Below, one piece after another: positions 39,961-51,284 of a stretch of 64,000 nucleotides of DNA. Below the pieces are notes generated by a model. That model was given only the letters and a program-made list of their open reading frames with translations. It was not told the origin of the DNA and searched no databases. The stretch spans positions 2,739,363-2,803,362 of the forward strand of contig NC_083433.1 of NCBI RefSeq assembly GCF_020745735.1, in the 5' to 3' direction. Source of the DNA: Hemiscyllium ocellatum. Its lineage: Eukaryota. Position 1 is the first letter of the stretch. Each line of letters starts with the position of its first letter. Position numbers and translations under genes: made by a program.

Positions 39961-40979
39961 TTTCAATTTGACAAGACGTATGGCCTGAAACGTGGTCAAA
40001 TCTCAGGAAGAAGTATACCTCAACCTTAGTTCACATCCCAGGCACCTTATAGTCATATTAAGATGTGTGAGCTGTAGCATCAAGTGTCTTCATGGTTCAG
40101 TACAATTTAATCAAGTATAAATGATAGCTGTAGGTTGCAAAATTTCATCATGACCATTCTCAGGAACTAAAATACATAATTTATAACTCCAATCGAGAAC
40201 AGCAGTACGTAATATCCTTCAAGGACACGTTCCTCTTGCAGTTCTAACACTTTTAAGACTGAAACCAGTATTTCGTTCCCTGAAGTTTAGTCATTCTGGC
40301 AAAATATTTATAATCCCTCAGTGAGATCCAACTTGCTGTTGCAACAATATTGTGTGTTGCAGGAGCTGTGTGTCAGTTGTTGCAGCCTTCTCAAGTCTTC
40401 AGACCATCCCATTAGTTGATGTCAGATTTCCAGGTTGGATCCACCATCAGTCCATGAGATCCTTGGCTTTGCTTTGTCTGTGTCTCTCCCCCTGTGCTTC
40501 ACCTCCTTGTGTACACTTGGGTTTTTCCCTCAGCTCCTGAGCCTCTGTGTGTGTACCCATATACCGTGGCAGCCCGAAAGTTACCTCACCACCTTGCCTG
40601 AGTTCTTCCCATGCCTCAGCCCCCTTTGGATCTTCCTATACCTCACTCTCCAAAAACCCACAACACCCCCTCCCCCCTCCTTGGACTCTTCCTGTGCCTT
40701 TCACTGCCCCCTCTCTTATGGGCTCTTCCTGTGCCTCCAACACCCTCTCTTATGGGCTCTTCCTGTGCCTCCAACACCACCCCTCTCCTCCCCCTTATGG
40801 TCTCTTCATGTGCCTTCAACACCCTCCCCCCTCTCTCGCTTTTGGTCTCTTCCTCTGCCTCCCACCCACCTTATGGGCTCTTCCTGTGCCCCTCTCTCTC
40901 TCTCACACATACACCATCCGGATTCTCCTTGTGTTTCTCCCCCCCCACTTGCTACCTCTCCCTCCCGTTAATGACAGTA

Positions 40980-41235
40980 ACCAGGCTCCAAGCTGCTGTG
41001 GACCTCGCACGGTCGCCTCCTCCAGCCCCACAGCCGACACTGACCGAACTCCAGCCACTGCTCACTCCCAGGCCCCGCTCAGCTCCAGCCGCCACCTGCG
41101 CTTTACGTCACGGCCACCCACATGCGCACTACGTCATCCTAATACGCGGTCGTCGTGACGTCAGAGGTCCTGACCGACAGAAGGCGGGCGCTCGTCGTGT
41201 GTCATCACGCAGCCCTCCACCCGCATTGGCTGGGT
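40980..41235 (-). promoter_or_regulatory. Probable JOSD1 CpG-island promoter
   Basis: CpG-dense; full CRE TGACGTCA 41156-41163, CRE-like TTACGTCA 41103-41110 and TACGTCA 41130-41136, TGCGCA, CCAAT box (ATTGG 41225-41229). Confidence 0.6.
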
Positions 41236-42503
41236 GTCTCCAGGATCTGAATATGAAAAATCAAACATAATTTGCTGGAGAAACTCAGCAGCTCTGGCAG
41301 CATCTGTAGAGAGAGAGAGAGAGAAAATCAGCGCTAATGTTTCATAGTCCAGTGACCCTTCAGCAGAACTTGCTAGTAGTTGGGGGAAGGTGATCTTTAC
41401 GATGAGGTGGAGCAGGGGTAAGCAAGTACTTGGAGATGGAGCCCAGGGAAAGAGATGAAAGGTGGAGGAAAACAAGGAGTTTATGAATAACAGGGGTCAA
41501 GGTAAACCAAGGCAAGAGCGAGGCCGTGCTCTTTGGGAACTGGGCCGACCAATCCTCAATCCCTTTCACAGTAAGCACCGACCACCTGAAGGTGCTGGGT
41601 ATTTGGTTCAGGGGGGCTGGGGTGTGTGCCAAGTCTTGGGAGGAGCATATCAGCAAAGTGAGACAGAAACTGGGCAGGTGGAAGCTACGGTCGCTCTCCA
41701 TCATGGGAAAATCCTGGTCATCAGGTGTGAGGCACTGTCATTGCTGTTGTACATGACACAGGTCTGGCCTATTCCCAGAACCTGTGCTGCTGCAGTCACC
41801 CGGGCCATCTTCCAGTTTATATGGAGGTCAAAGATGGACCGGGTCTGAAGGGACTCGCTGTACAAAGATCTGGGCAATAGGGGAAAAAATATACCTAATG
41901 CCACCCTCACCCTGATGGCCACCTTTGTGTGTGGCTGCATCAAGCTGTGCGTGGATCCCCGGTTCGCAAACACCAAGTGTCACTACGTACTGAGGTTCTA
42001 CCTGTACCCGGTGTTGCGAAGGATGGGCCTGGCCTCGCTGCCGCGGAACATTCCGAGTAGTTGGACCATTCCGTATCACCTGTCCTCCATGGAGAAGTTT
42101 ATGAAGAAAAACACCTTTGACCACAAGTCCATCAGGAAGTGGTCAGCACGTAGTGGCCTCGAGACCCATCGGGAAAAGAGCGGATCCTATCGAGCAGTTC
42201 CCTGAGCAGACTGTCAAAGCCATTTGGCAGAATGCCTCATCGCCAGAACTTTCCAACAAGCACCAAGACATGGCTTGGCTGGTGGTGAGAAGGGCTCTGC
42301 CTGTGAGATACTTTATGTAAGCCTGGACTCTCAGCCACACCGCATACTGCTCTCAAAGTGGCTGCGGGGGGGACGAGACTGTCACACACCGCCTTCTGGA
42401 ATGTGCCTACGCAGAAGAAGTCCGCAGAGGAATGCAGTGGTGTTTGTCGAGGTTCATCCCGAGCAGCGCTGTGACGCAGGACTCCGTGCTCTACGGTCTG
42501 TTC

Positions 42504-42885
42504 GCAGGAGCGCCTCATCTTCCGCCTGGGAACCCTCCAACCACAAGGGATGAACTCAGATTTCTCCAGTTTCCTCATTTCCCCTCCCCCCACCTTGTCT
42601 CAGTCAGTTCCCTCAACTCAGCACCGCCTTCCTAACCTGCAATCTTCTTCCTGACCTCTCCGCCCCCACCCCACTCCGGCCTATCACCCTCACCTTGACC
42701 TCCTTCCACCTATCACATCTCCATCGCCCCTCCCCCAAGTCCCTCCTCCCTACCTTTTATCTTAGCCTGCTTGGCACACTCTCCTCATTCCTGATGAAGG
42801 GCTTATGCCTGAAACGTCAAATTTCCTATTCCTTGGATGCTGCCTGACCTGCTGTGCTTTAACCAGCAACACATTTTCAACTGAA
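42504..42885 (+). mobile_element. Penelope-like element 3' fragment (GIY-YIG C-terminus plus pseudo-LTR with hammerhead)
   Basis: ERLIFRLGTLQPQGMNSDFSSF, typical of the PLE endonuclease end, followed by a C/T-rich UTR and CTGATGA..GAAACGTC. Confidence 0.8.
42787..42822 (+). ncRNA. Minimal type-I hammerhead ribozyme motif (family A)
   Basis: ATTC-CTGATGA-A-GGGC TTAT GCCT-GAAAC-GTC-AAAT; core intact, stem I has one mismatch. Confidence 0.7.
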
Positions 42886-43345
42886 CATCAACTGCGCCTG
42901 GAGGATCATCAACTCGGTGAAGGACGCTCTCTGGGCAGTCCGAAACCTGTTGATCTTCCAGCTGAAGGAGTTGACCCCAACTGAGTGTTGCAGACTGGCA
43001 CATTCCAAGGTCCAGGACTACGTGTTGAGGGACGCGCTGAAGCTTGGGGCAGCTCCCGCCAAGGCGCGATGGGGAAAGACCACCGTGTAACATCTGCCTG
43101 CCTAACGAAGAGCAGCGGGCCCACGCAGTCATTTGGGCTCTGCTGACACCTCAGCTAAATATATGGACATATGATTAATAAATGTACAGATCTGTATATA
43201 AAAATGATAAATTCTGATCTCTGTATGTAAATGTTTACTTATGTATGGCGTGTAAAAAGTGAGGTCTGCAGATGCTGGAGATCAGAGCTGAAAATGTGTT
43301 GCTGGTTAAAGCGCAGCAGGTTAGGCAGCATCCAAGGAACAGGAA

Positions 43346-43380
43346 ATTCGATGTTTCGGGCCAGAGCCCTTCATCAGGAA
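43346..43380 (-). ncRNA. Minimal type-I hammerhead motif (family A) in an insertion at 43253-43380
   Basis: Reverse strand TTC-CTGATGA-A-GGGC TCTG GCCC-GAAAC-ATC-GAA; 14-bp flanking duplication TTATGTATGGCGTG. Confidence 0.65.
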
Positions 43381-43894
43381 TTATGTATGGCGTGACCAAC
43401 TGTACAGACCATCAAATTATTTTATGAATAAAGTATATTTTTGAAATTAAAAATCAAAAATAGAAATTGCTGGAAAAAACCAGCAAGTCTGGCAGTTTCT
43501 TTGGAGAGAAATCAGAGTTAACTCTGGGCTCTTCCGGTGACTTCCACACCTTAAGTTATCAGACCCTCCTGATGTCTCAACTACCTGTAAATAGAACCTT
43601 ACTTAATTAATAAATGCCTTTGGATTTGCCATAACTATCAAGAATGTCTAACCCAGTGTTCTTTTTTATCTCCAAACAGAAAAACTATACAGATCTGAAC
43701 TGCTTTAGTAACTGTTGATGGACATAAAGTTTTTTTTATGGATTGCAGAAACTGTAGATGGGAGCATTGCTCCGTCTCAGTTGCAGGGAAACACCTAGTC
43801 ATTTGGCATTAGGTACTCTTGGCTTTGCCCATGGTCAGGCCTATTCTCCAAGCCTAATCCTCTGCAGTCATGCGAGATCTCCACTTCATGTGGA

Positions 43895-44025
43895 GATCAA
43901 AGATGGACCACACCAGCAGGGATTCCATGTACAAAGCACTTGTTCATCGCTGAGGCATTGCTGTTCACAATGTAGTCTCCTGTACTTTGGGAAGATGAAA
44001 TGCAGACTGGATGATTCCTTTCCCG
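43895..44025 (+). mobile_element. Degenerate Penelope GIY-YIG fragment
   Basis: GPHQQGFHVQSTCSS...CSQCSLLYFGKMKCRLDDSF resembles the PLE motif C..C.LLYIGET.RRL.DRF. Confidence 0.5.
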
Positions 44026-45390
44026 GACACATTCTACTATCAACATATTATTGTATGTGGGACCTGGCTAGGCACAAATTGGTTCCCACAATTTCTACAT
44101 AACAACTGTGATGACACTTTGCAATTACTTCATTATCTGTGAAGGGCTTTGAGAAGCTTGGTGGCAATGGAGGCGAAATACTTTTTCTGACATCAAAGGC
44201 AGTCACTCTCACCTCATTTCTGAAATTCTGTTCTTTCGGGCACCAGGAATAATTTAATTGCTCTTCATTGAGAAAGTGACATCTCAGAGAATAGATGGTT
44301 CAACTTCTCATCTGAAAGCAATATCTTTATCAGAGCAATGGGCCTTCAGTGAGTTTCACTCTGAGTTTCAGCTCTGTTTTTTTCATGCTTACAACCAGCA
44401 GAGGGCCTTGAATCTAGAGGCAAGATAAGCCCTGACCTTTTAAGACAGAATTAGACAAAGTGTAACATTAAAAAACCCTGACACATTTGAAGTTAATGGA
44501 ATTCATGGAGGCAATCTCTCCAATGCTTGGAGTCAAACTAGATCAAAAGGAACTGGAATTAATTATTTAAGGTCAATCTCCTCAGGTTCATGACATTGCT
44601 GGAGTTCCTCAGGATAGTGTCCTGAGCCCTCAGATGTTCAGCTACTTCATCAATGACCTTCATTCCAATTTAAAATCAGAAGTGGGAAAATTCACTGACA
44701 TTTGCACAGTTTTCAATATTATTCATGCATGCAGTAAGACCTGGAAAATACTCAGGCTTGGGCTGATAACTGGCAAGCAACACTCTCTGTGTATGTTTTT
44801 CCACTGTGTGAGCTGCAAGGTTTGTGTGTGGCAATGGCTTCTGAAAGCAGAAGCTATTCATCAGCACGTAGGTCAATGTGCACAGAGGTTCCCAGTGGCT
44901 GCATGGTCTAGAAGGAACAAAATCAGAAGTTGCTGGAAAAGCTCAGCAGGTCTGACAGCATCATGAAGAGAAATCAGTGTTAACATTTCAGGTCTGGTGA
45001 CCCTTCTTCAAAAATGTTAACTTGATTTCTCTGCACAGATGCTGCCAGACCTGCTGAGCTTTTCCAGCAACTTTGGTTTTTGTTTGTGATTTACAGCATC
45101 TGCAGTTCTTTTGGTTTTTATTTGGCCTATAAGGAACATTGGTTGCCAGTAAAATTCTCACTTTACAAGGGTCAGGCAATCACTGTCTCTACTAAAAGAC
45201 AATCTAACTATTACCCCTTGAAATGCATTGGCATTACCATTGCTGAATCCACCATCATCAACATTTTGTGGCTGTAACAGTACATTAGGGCTAAGAATTA
45301 TCTCTTGATTCCCCAAGATTTGCTATCTACAAAGCATAAGTCAGAAATGTGAACATAGGAGGTTTCAATAATATGAAAGAGGCTTGACAC

Positions 45391-45427
45391 TATTCCTGAA
45401 GAAGGGCTTATGCCCGAAACGTCAATT
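45391..45427 (+). ncRNA. Minimal type-I hammerhead ribozyme motif (family A)
   Basis: TATTC-CTGAAGA-A-GGGC TTAT GCCC-GAAAC-GTC; core and stem II intact. Confidence 0.7.
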
Positions 45428-46894
45428 CTCCTGTTCCTTTGATGCTGCCTGACCTGCTGCGCTTTTCCAACAACACATTTTTAAGCTTTGACACCATTAA
45501 AGACAATCAGCCTGCAGTAATTCACCTTAGACATCCATTGAGTATATTCAAGATTGAGATAGAAATATTTTTAATCGGTCATGGAATCAAGCGTTAAAAG
45601 GCAGAAAAGTGGACTTGAAGGCCTGTTAAATCAGACTTGATCTCATTGAATGTCAAAGCAAAATTGAGCCAAATGGCCTACTGCTGTTGCAATGTCTTAT
45701 GGTATTAAGGTGACTTCAACATCATCTTTTAAATCCAGAATTTCTCCCATCTGGAAGGACAAGGGCAGCAGATACATGGGAATGAGTACTGGTGGCTCAG
45801 TGCCTAGCACTACTGCCTCACAGGGACCTGGGTTCAATTCCATCCTCGGGCCGACTGTGTGGAGTTTGTACATTCTCCCACAATCTTTGGACTGTGAGAG
45901 GAAACTGGAGCACCTCGAGAGTTTCCTTCGGGTGCTCCAGTTTCCTCCCACAGTCCAAAGATGTTCAAGTTAAGTGGATTGGCTATGGGATAAGCAAGGT
46001 TACAGGGATAAGATAGGGGAGTGGTTCTGGGTGGGATGCTGTTTGGAGGGTCATTAAGGACTTGCTGGGCCACATAGCGTGCTTCCAAACCTTAGGGATT
46101 CTATGATTCTACATTACCCCAAAAACAACTCCCATCTGACGTGAAAGTTTACTACTGTTCATTCATTTCATGTTGCTAGGTCAAACTCCTTGCCCTCGTT
46201 CCTGATGAAGGGCGTTTGCCCAAAAACATCGATTTTCCTGATGCTGCCTGACCTGCTGCGCTTTTTCAGCACCACTCTAATCTTGATACTGAAATCCTAG
46301 TCCGTTCCCCCCAACAACATTATGGATGCCCCTATGCCACATGGGCTGCACTGCTTGAAGAAAGAAGCACACCGCCATCTTCCCGAGGATAATTTTGCGG
46401 ATTTGTAGGTGAGATGGGTCAACCATGAGCAATACAGGGATAGGGTGGGTCTGGGTGGGATATATGTTCTTTGGAGGGTCAGTGCAGAGTCGATAGGCCG
46501 AATGGCCTGCTTCCATACTGTAGGGATTCTATGAACTTGGGGTGATAGGGTTAGGTCAACTCTCCTGCTCCTCGGATACTGCCTGGAGTGCTTCTTCCAT
46601 CTTCACACTTTATGGACTCTGACTCTCCGCCATCTGCAGTGCTCACTATCTCCCTATGAATTTGGGGTGAGCAACATAAGGCAGTAATGGCAATGTCCTG
46701 TGAGCAGGTGAAAGATATATAAATGTATGTTGTTGTTATTGTTGCAATAGATTTCAAACGTGTTTCATCAGAAAGGGAAACTCCCCCAATTGTATTGCAT
46801 GTGTTTATGGAGAAGAGACAAAGGTGTATCTGATGTTTATGTTGGCTTTGCTCCTTGTTGCAGTCCAGTTGCATCAGGCATGAACCCAGCAACA

Positions 46895-47745
46895 AGAGCA
46901 CGGTCGCCCATTGGCTGGGAGCTCTGAATGACGTGTGGCCTAGTCTTCTATTGGTTGAGAGCGGGTCCAGCCGTGAGGCCACGTGATCTCACCAGGTTCC
47001 CCCACTTCAAGCGCGGTCCGCTACGATTGGTCCGGGTGCACGTCCATCATGCGCCCCCCGCGTTGCCATTGGATAGATTTTGTAGAGCCAGCCCTTCCAG
47101 GGCCCGCCCCCAGCGCGGCAAGTTTGTCCGGACGGTCCGCGAGCGATTTAATTCAAATCGATAATGCGGAGAGAAAGGAACAATATAGATTTGGGGGCAT
47201 TTTATTTTTTAAAAAAATAGAACAGTCAGACCCCGTGACGTTGCGGCCTTCGAGCCAGTGATTCCAAACGGCGGCTGGAGGCGGAAAAGACCTTGAAACT
47301 GCCGGCTGCGGGAAACTTGAAACTGCTGCTAAAGCCGGACCCGGGGGGGGGGCGGGATTCGTGAAACAGACGGCTGACCGGGGAGACTTAAAACGGCTGA
47401 CCCAACTGGAAGGGAGGTCCTGAAACTGACAGCTCGGGGGCGAGATTCTTGAAACTGCCCACCCAGGGGGTACTGGTGGAGGGGGGGGGGACTCGAAACT
47501 GTCAGATTGTGGGGGTGTCCTTGAAACTGTCAAATTGAAGGGGCTCTCGTGGCGGGGGGTCCTTGAAACTGTCCGATCGAGGGTATTCCCGTGGCGGGGC
47601 TCCTTGAAACTGCTTACCTAACGACTGCCGGAGGGGGGGTTTTTTGAAACTGCCGAAGCGGGGATTGTTTTTGTTCCGGCGGATCTTTATTCCCTTTAAC
47701 GTCTGTTTAAAGGGGCCGGGCTCCTCCTGCTGATAGGCCCCGATC
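46895..47745 (+). promoter_or_regulatory. GTPBP1 CpG-island promoter / 5'UTR
   Basis: CpG-rich; four ATTGG (CCAAT) boxes between about 46910 and 47072, TGACGTG, CACGTG, GC box GCCCGCCCC, TTCAAA (reverse TTTGAA), then a TTGAAACTG motif array. Confidence 0.7.
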
Positions 47746-47988
47746 ATGTCGGCGCCGGTGGTGGCGCCTGGGCCAGGGCCTGGGGCCGGGCCGGTCGCCG
47801 CGATGGCGAAAGGCGCCGCCAGGCGGCCCGCGGCCTCCCCCAACCGCGAGTCCCCGCCGCCGCCGCCGGGCTCGGGGAGCCCGATGCCGCCCGGAGCCGG
47901 TGAGCTGGCCAGCATCTTCGCCCCGGAGCTGGACGGGGAGGTCGGCGAGAATGTCAACGGGGAGCTGGAGCCCGACCTGGCCTCCAAG
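47746..47988 (+). CDS. GTPBP1: GTP-binding protein 1, exon 1
   Basis: MSAPVV...ELASIFAPELDGEVGENVNGELEPDLASK|gtaacc, phase 0; ASIFAPE and NGE..DLASK resemble vertebrate GTPBP1. A second in-frame ATG at 47803 has stronger Kozak context, so the start is uncertain. Confidence 0.85.
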
Positions 47989-48164
47989 GTAACCGGAGAG
48001 GGGGGGGCCGCTCCAACAGTGAGGGGTGGGGGGGGGACCGGCGGGTGAAGTCAGGGTGGTCGGGGCCATGGTGGCAGCTGGGTGTCCCAGGGAGAGCGGC
48101 TCAGGGATGGGAGGAGACCGGGGACAACCTGCTGGTGGGTTCACTCTGGGACTGGGGGGAGATG

Positions 48165-48553
48165 GTGGTGTGGGGGGGGGGAGGTGAGGGACTGAGTGGG
48201 TGTTGTGGGGGGGGGTGAGGGACTGAGTGGGTGTTGTGTGGGGGGGGTGAGGGACTGAGTGGGTGTTGTGTGGGGGGGGGTGAGGGACGGAGTGGGTGTT
48301 GTGTGGGGGGGGGTGAGGGACGGAGTGGGTGTTGTGTGGGGGGGGGTGAGGGACGGAGTGGGTGTTGTGTGGGGGGGGGTGAGGGACGGAGTGGGTGTTG
48401 TGTGGGGGGGGGTGAGGGACGGAGTGGGTGTTGTGTGGGGGGGGGTGAGGGACGGAGTGGGTGTTGTGTGGGGGGGGGTGAGGGACGGAGTGGGTGTTGT
48501 GTGGGGGGGGGTGAGGGACGGAGTGGGTGTTGTGTGGGGGGGGGTGAGGGACG
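48165..48553. repeat. 33-bp G-rich minisatellite in GTPBP1 intron 1, about 11 copies
   Basis: Unit of GTGAGGGACGGAGTGGGTGTTGTGT plus a long G run. Confidence 0.95.
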
Positions 48554-50742
48554 GTTGGTGCTGGGGATGTTATGGTATCAAGGGTTCACACCCCTTCATC
48601 CAAAAGTGACTGATTAGCCTCAAACTTCTAATAAAAAGGAATTAATCAGATTAAGGTGTTTAGATTCACGCCATTGGGATCGTTTACTTGGTGGAGTTAA
48701 AATCTGAAAATTAAGTAGAATTACGGAACACTGGCATTTTTGTGGCATCTTCCACGAATGTGCAATGACCCAATGCATTTTGCAGCTAATGAATAGATCA
48801 CAATCTGGAAATGCCAGTGTTGTACTGGGGTTACAAAGTTAAAAAATCACACAACACCAAGTTATAGTCCAACAGGTTGATTTGGAAGCACTGTTGGACT
48901 ATAACTTGGTGTTGTGTGATTTCTTTTTAACAATGAATACATCTAAATTGTTTGGATAAGCGATTTCATGAAATTGTCAATTCACAGATAAAATCAGAAT
49001 ACTTTTTCACGTAGGGAAGTGCAAATGCAGTGTTTAGACATGAGATTTAGAGCTCTTTTTAAAAAATGAAAGCAAAAAATTCAGAAAATCCTCAAATAGT
49101 TTAGGCAGCAACTATGAACAGTGAGACAGAGTTTGAAAAGCTTTCAGATATCCAGCATCCACAGTATCTGCTTATGCGGATAAAGTGTTGAGAAATTAGT
49201 GGGTAAATACCTGACATACAGGTGATTGAGTGAATAGCAAAACAGGTATGAGAGGCTGGATCGTCTTTTCCTGTTATGTTCATCGGTTTGCTGCATATTG
49301 CCTGTGCTGTCCCTTTTTGCAAACTACATGGCATCATCAGGTTTGCAGTGTAGATATAGATTTGATGTGGACTATACACTCAAAGCAAAACTAGCTCATT
49401 TTCAAAATGTAATTTTAGTGTGTGTATTTTCTAGTAAAACTGCAGTCCATAGGAACTGAGGTAATTCACTTTGATTGAAGTCATTCATAGCAAGAAGAGA
49501 ATTGTGCTTATTGTAGACAAATTGCTCAGTGCTTGAGCATCACTGTGCAAATTTCTCTAGGCAGTGTTCTAGGCCTAGCTGCTTAGCCGGTGTCCTTTTC
49601 CCTCCATCCTCAGATTATCAAGGTTTGCATAAACATTTGTAGTTTGGCTACCAGTTGTCGTAGTTGTAGGTATGTTTGCCTTCCCAGTTCAGCTACGACA
49701 TCATAACGTGAGGTGTGGAGATATTCATTAATTCATGTACTGTTCAGTTCCATTTGCAACTCAAATGTAGTAATATTTACACAATGCACTGCAGCAACTT
49801 GCCAAGCTCCTTCAACAGCATCTTCCAAACCCACAACATGCACCACTTAGAAGGGTAAGGACAGCAGATGCATGAGAACACCTCACCTGCACTGTCTCCA
49901 ATCGACACGCCATTAGAACATGGAATTATGTTACTCTTCCTTCAGAATCACTGACTTAAAATCCTGGAACCATGTGCATTATGTCTTTTTTTAATCTGAT
50001 CTTTTGTGGGATTTGTGCATCATTATCAAGATTGATTTGAATGTGTCCAAACTTACCCACAATTTGTTTGTTTCACACCTTTAAAGTGACATTCCAAAGT
50101 GCAAGCCTTTTGTAGATTTCATGTTTTTACAAATAAGTGAGAGAAGAATACGGGGCTGTGATAAATTGCAAGGTGAAATTGGTAACTTGTGTTTACGTAT
50201 GTAGAGAGAGATTTTATATTTGTGTATTGTGTCTTTCATGTCATCCTGTTGTGTAATATAATGAATTGTTTGTGCAGTGATTAGGATGTTGTAAACAAAG
50301 CTGTTCTCTTTGTACTGATTTAAGATGTGCATGTAGTCACCACTTTCAAAAGAAAATGCCATGTTTACAATTTAGGTTTAACCCTTCGTCAGAAGTAGTG
50401 ATGGTTACACTCCAAATAACGACTTCTTTGTGCATACCAAAGCTTTGTTTTTCTGATTGTCAAGGTTTGCTGATTTGTTCTTTTGTCAATGTGAGAGCAC
50501 ACAATTGTCATCAGCTGGATTGTTGATTCCAAGTGGCTTTTTAACAGAAAAGTACTCAACTCCCACCTCGTGATCAGCTCCTTGGTTTAGTTAAGGCAGC
50601 ACTTTGTAAAGTCTGGCATTAAATTAATTTCCATGTCTGACCATTGGCAGGAAAGTCTGGCTGGTTTAAGCCTGACTTTAACAAGTGTCTTCAGGCCACC
50701 TTAAAATTTCCACTGAACCCATTTCTCCTTTTTCTGCTTTAG

Positions 50743-50854
50743 TTTGTGTTGGTGAGTCCAAGTTTGGAGCAGTATGACTGCCTGCTGAAACAGTTGCGTG
50801 AGCGAATGGATGAGGGTTGTGGGGAGACCATCTATGTAATTGGACAAGGATCAG
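50743..50854 (+). CDS. GTPBP1: GTPBP1 exon 2
   Basis: ctttag|[37 protein letters not shown]|gtaaag, 112 nt. Confidence 0.95.
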
Positions 50855-51103
50855 GTAAAGTCTGTTTCTGGGTAAATGCAGTATTTGTCATCAATTTTAA
50901 TATCCTTTACTAGTAACTTGTTCCATTTAATGTCCTTTATGTGCAAATATTTCCCTTCCTGCTCTCCTACTTTGTAAGTTGTCCCCACCTGGCATTAGCA
51001 CAGTGAATGTGGTCAGCTCATCCTGTGCAGTTTATAGTCCAGAATAAAAATAACTGGGTAATGAGACACATGCATTTTAATCCTTATGATCTCTTTATTC
51101 CAG

Positions 51104-51284
51104 ATGGCAAGAAGTATGGTCTAAATGATGAGGATATTGAAGCATCTGTAGCGACTGTCAAAAGTTTAGCTGAGCAGATCTATTCTGATCTGATCCTCCT
51201 CCGAGAACGGCAGGAGGCAGGAGGAAAGGTAGCCGATTACCTGGTGCGGAAGCGAGTTGGAGAGAATGACTTTTTGGAGGTCAG
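51104..51284 (+). CDS. GTPBP1: GTPBP1 exon 3
   Basis: ttccag|(D)[15 protein letters not shown]...[13 protein letters not shown](R)|gtgagg, 181 nt. Confidence 0.95.

Larger units (their letters stand above)
41520..43450 (+). mobile_element. 5'-truncated Tx1/L1-clade non-LTR retrotransposon (ORF2 C-terminus and 3'UTR) with two nested insertions
   Basis: Frameshifted LKVLGIWF, RSLSIMGK, IFQFIW, CCHC knuckle C..SGCGGDETVTH.LLEC, WRIINSVKDALW..RNLLIFQ, stop at 43090, AATAAA near 43427. Confidence 0.85.

Noticed and set aside
40435-41270. Three long Pro/Ser/Leu-rich ORFs
   Set aside because: They arise from C/T-rich low-complexity sequence lacking stops.
41520-43090. Possible active or domesticated reverse-transcriptase gene
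   Set aside because: 5'-truncated, with frameshifts, in-frame stops and a nested insertion.
46895-47150. ER-stress element (ERSE) in the GTPBP1 promoter
   Set aside because: CCAAT and CCACG-like motifs are present but not at the required N9 spacing.
47262-47655. TTGAAAC repeats with variable spacers resembling CRISPR repeat ends
   Set aside because: The conserved part is only about 9 bp, spacing is irregular, and it lies in a eukaryotic CpG-island promoter; treated as a motif array.
48231-48617. Repetitive GGGEGRSGCCV ORF
   Set aside because: Translation of the intronic G-rich VNTR.
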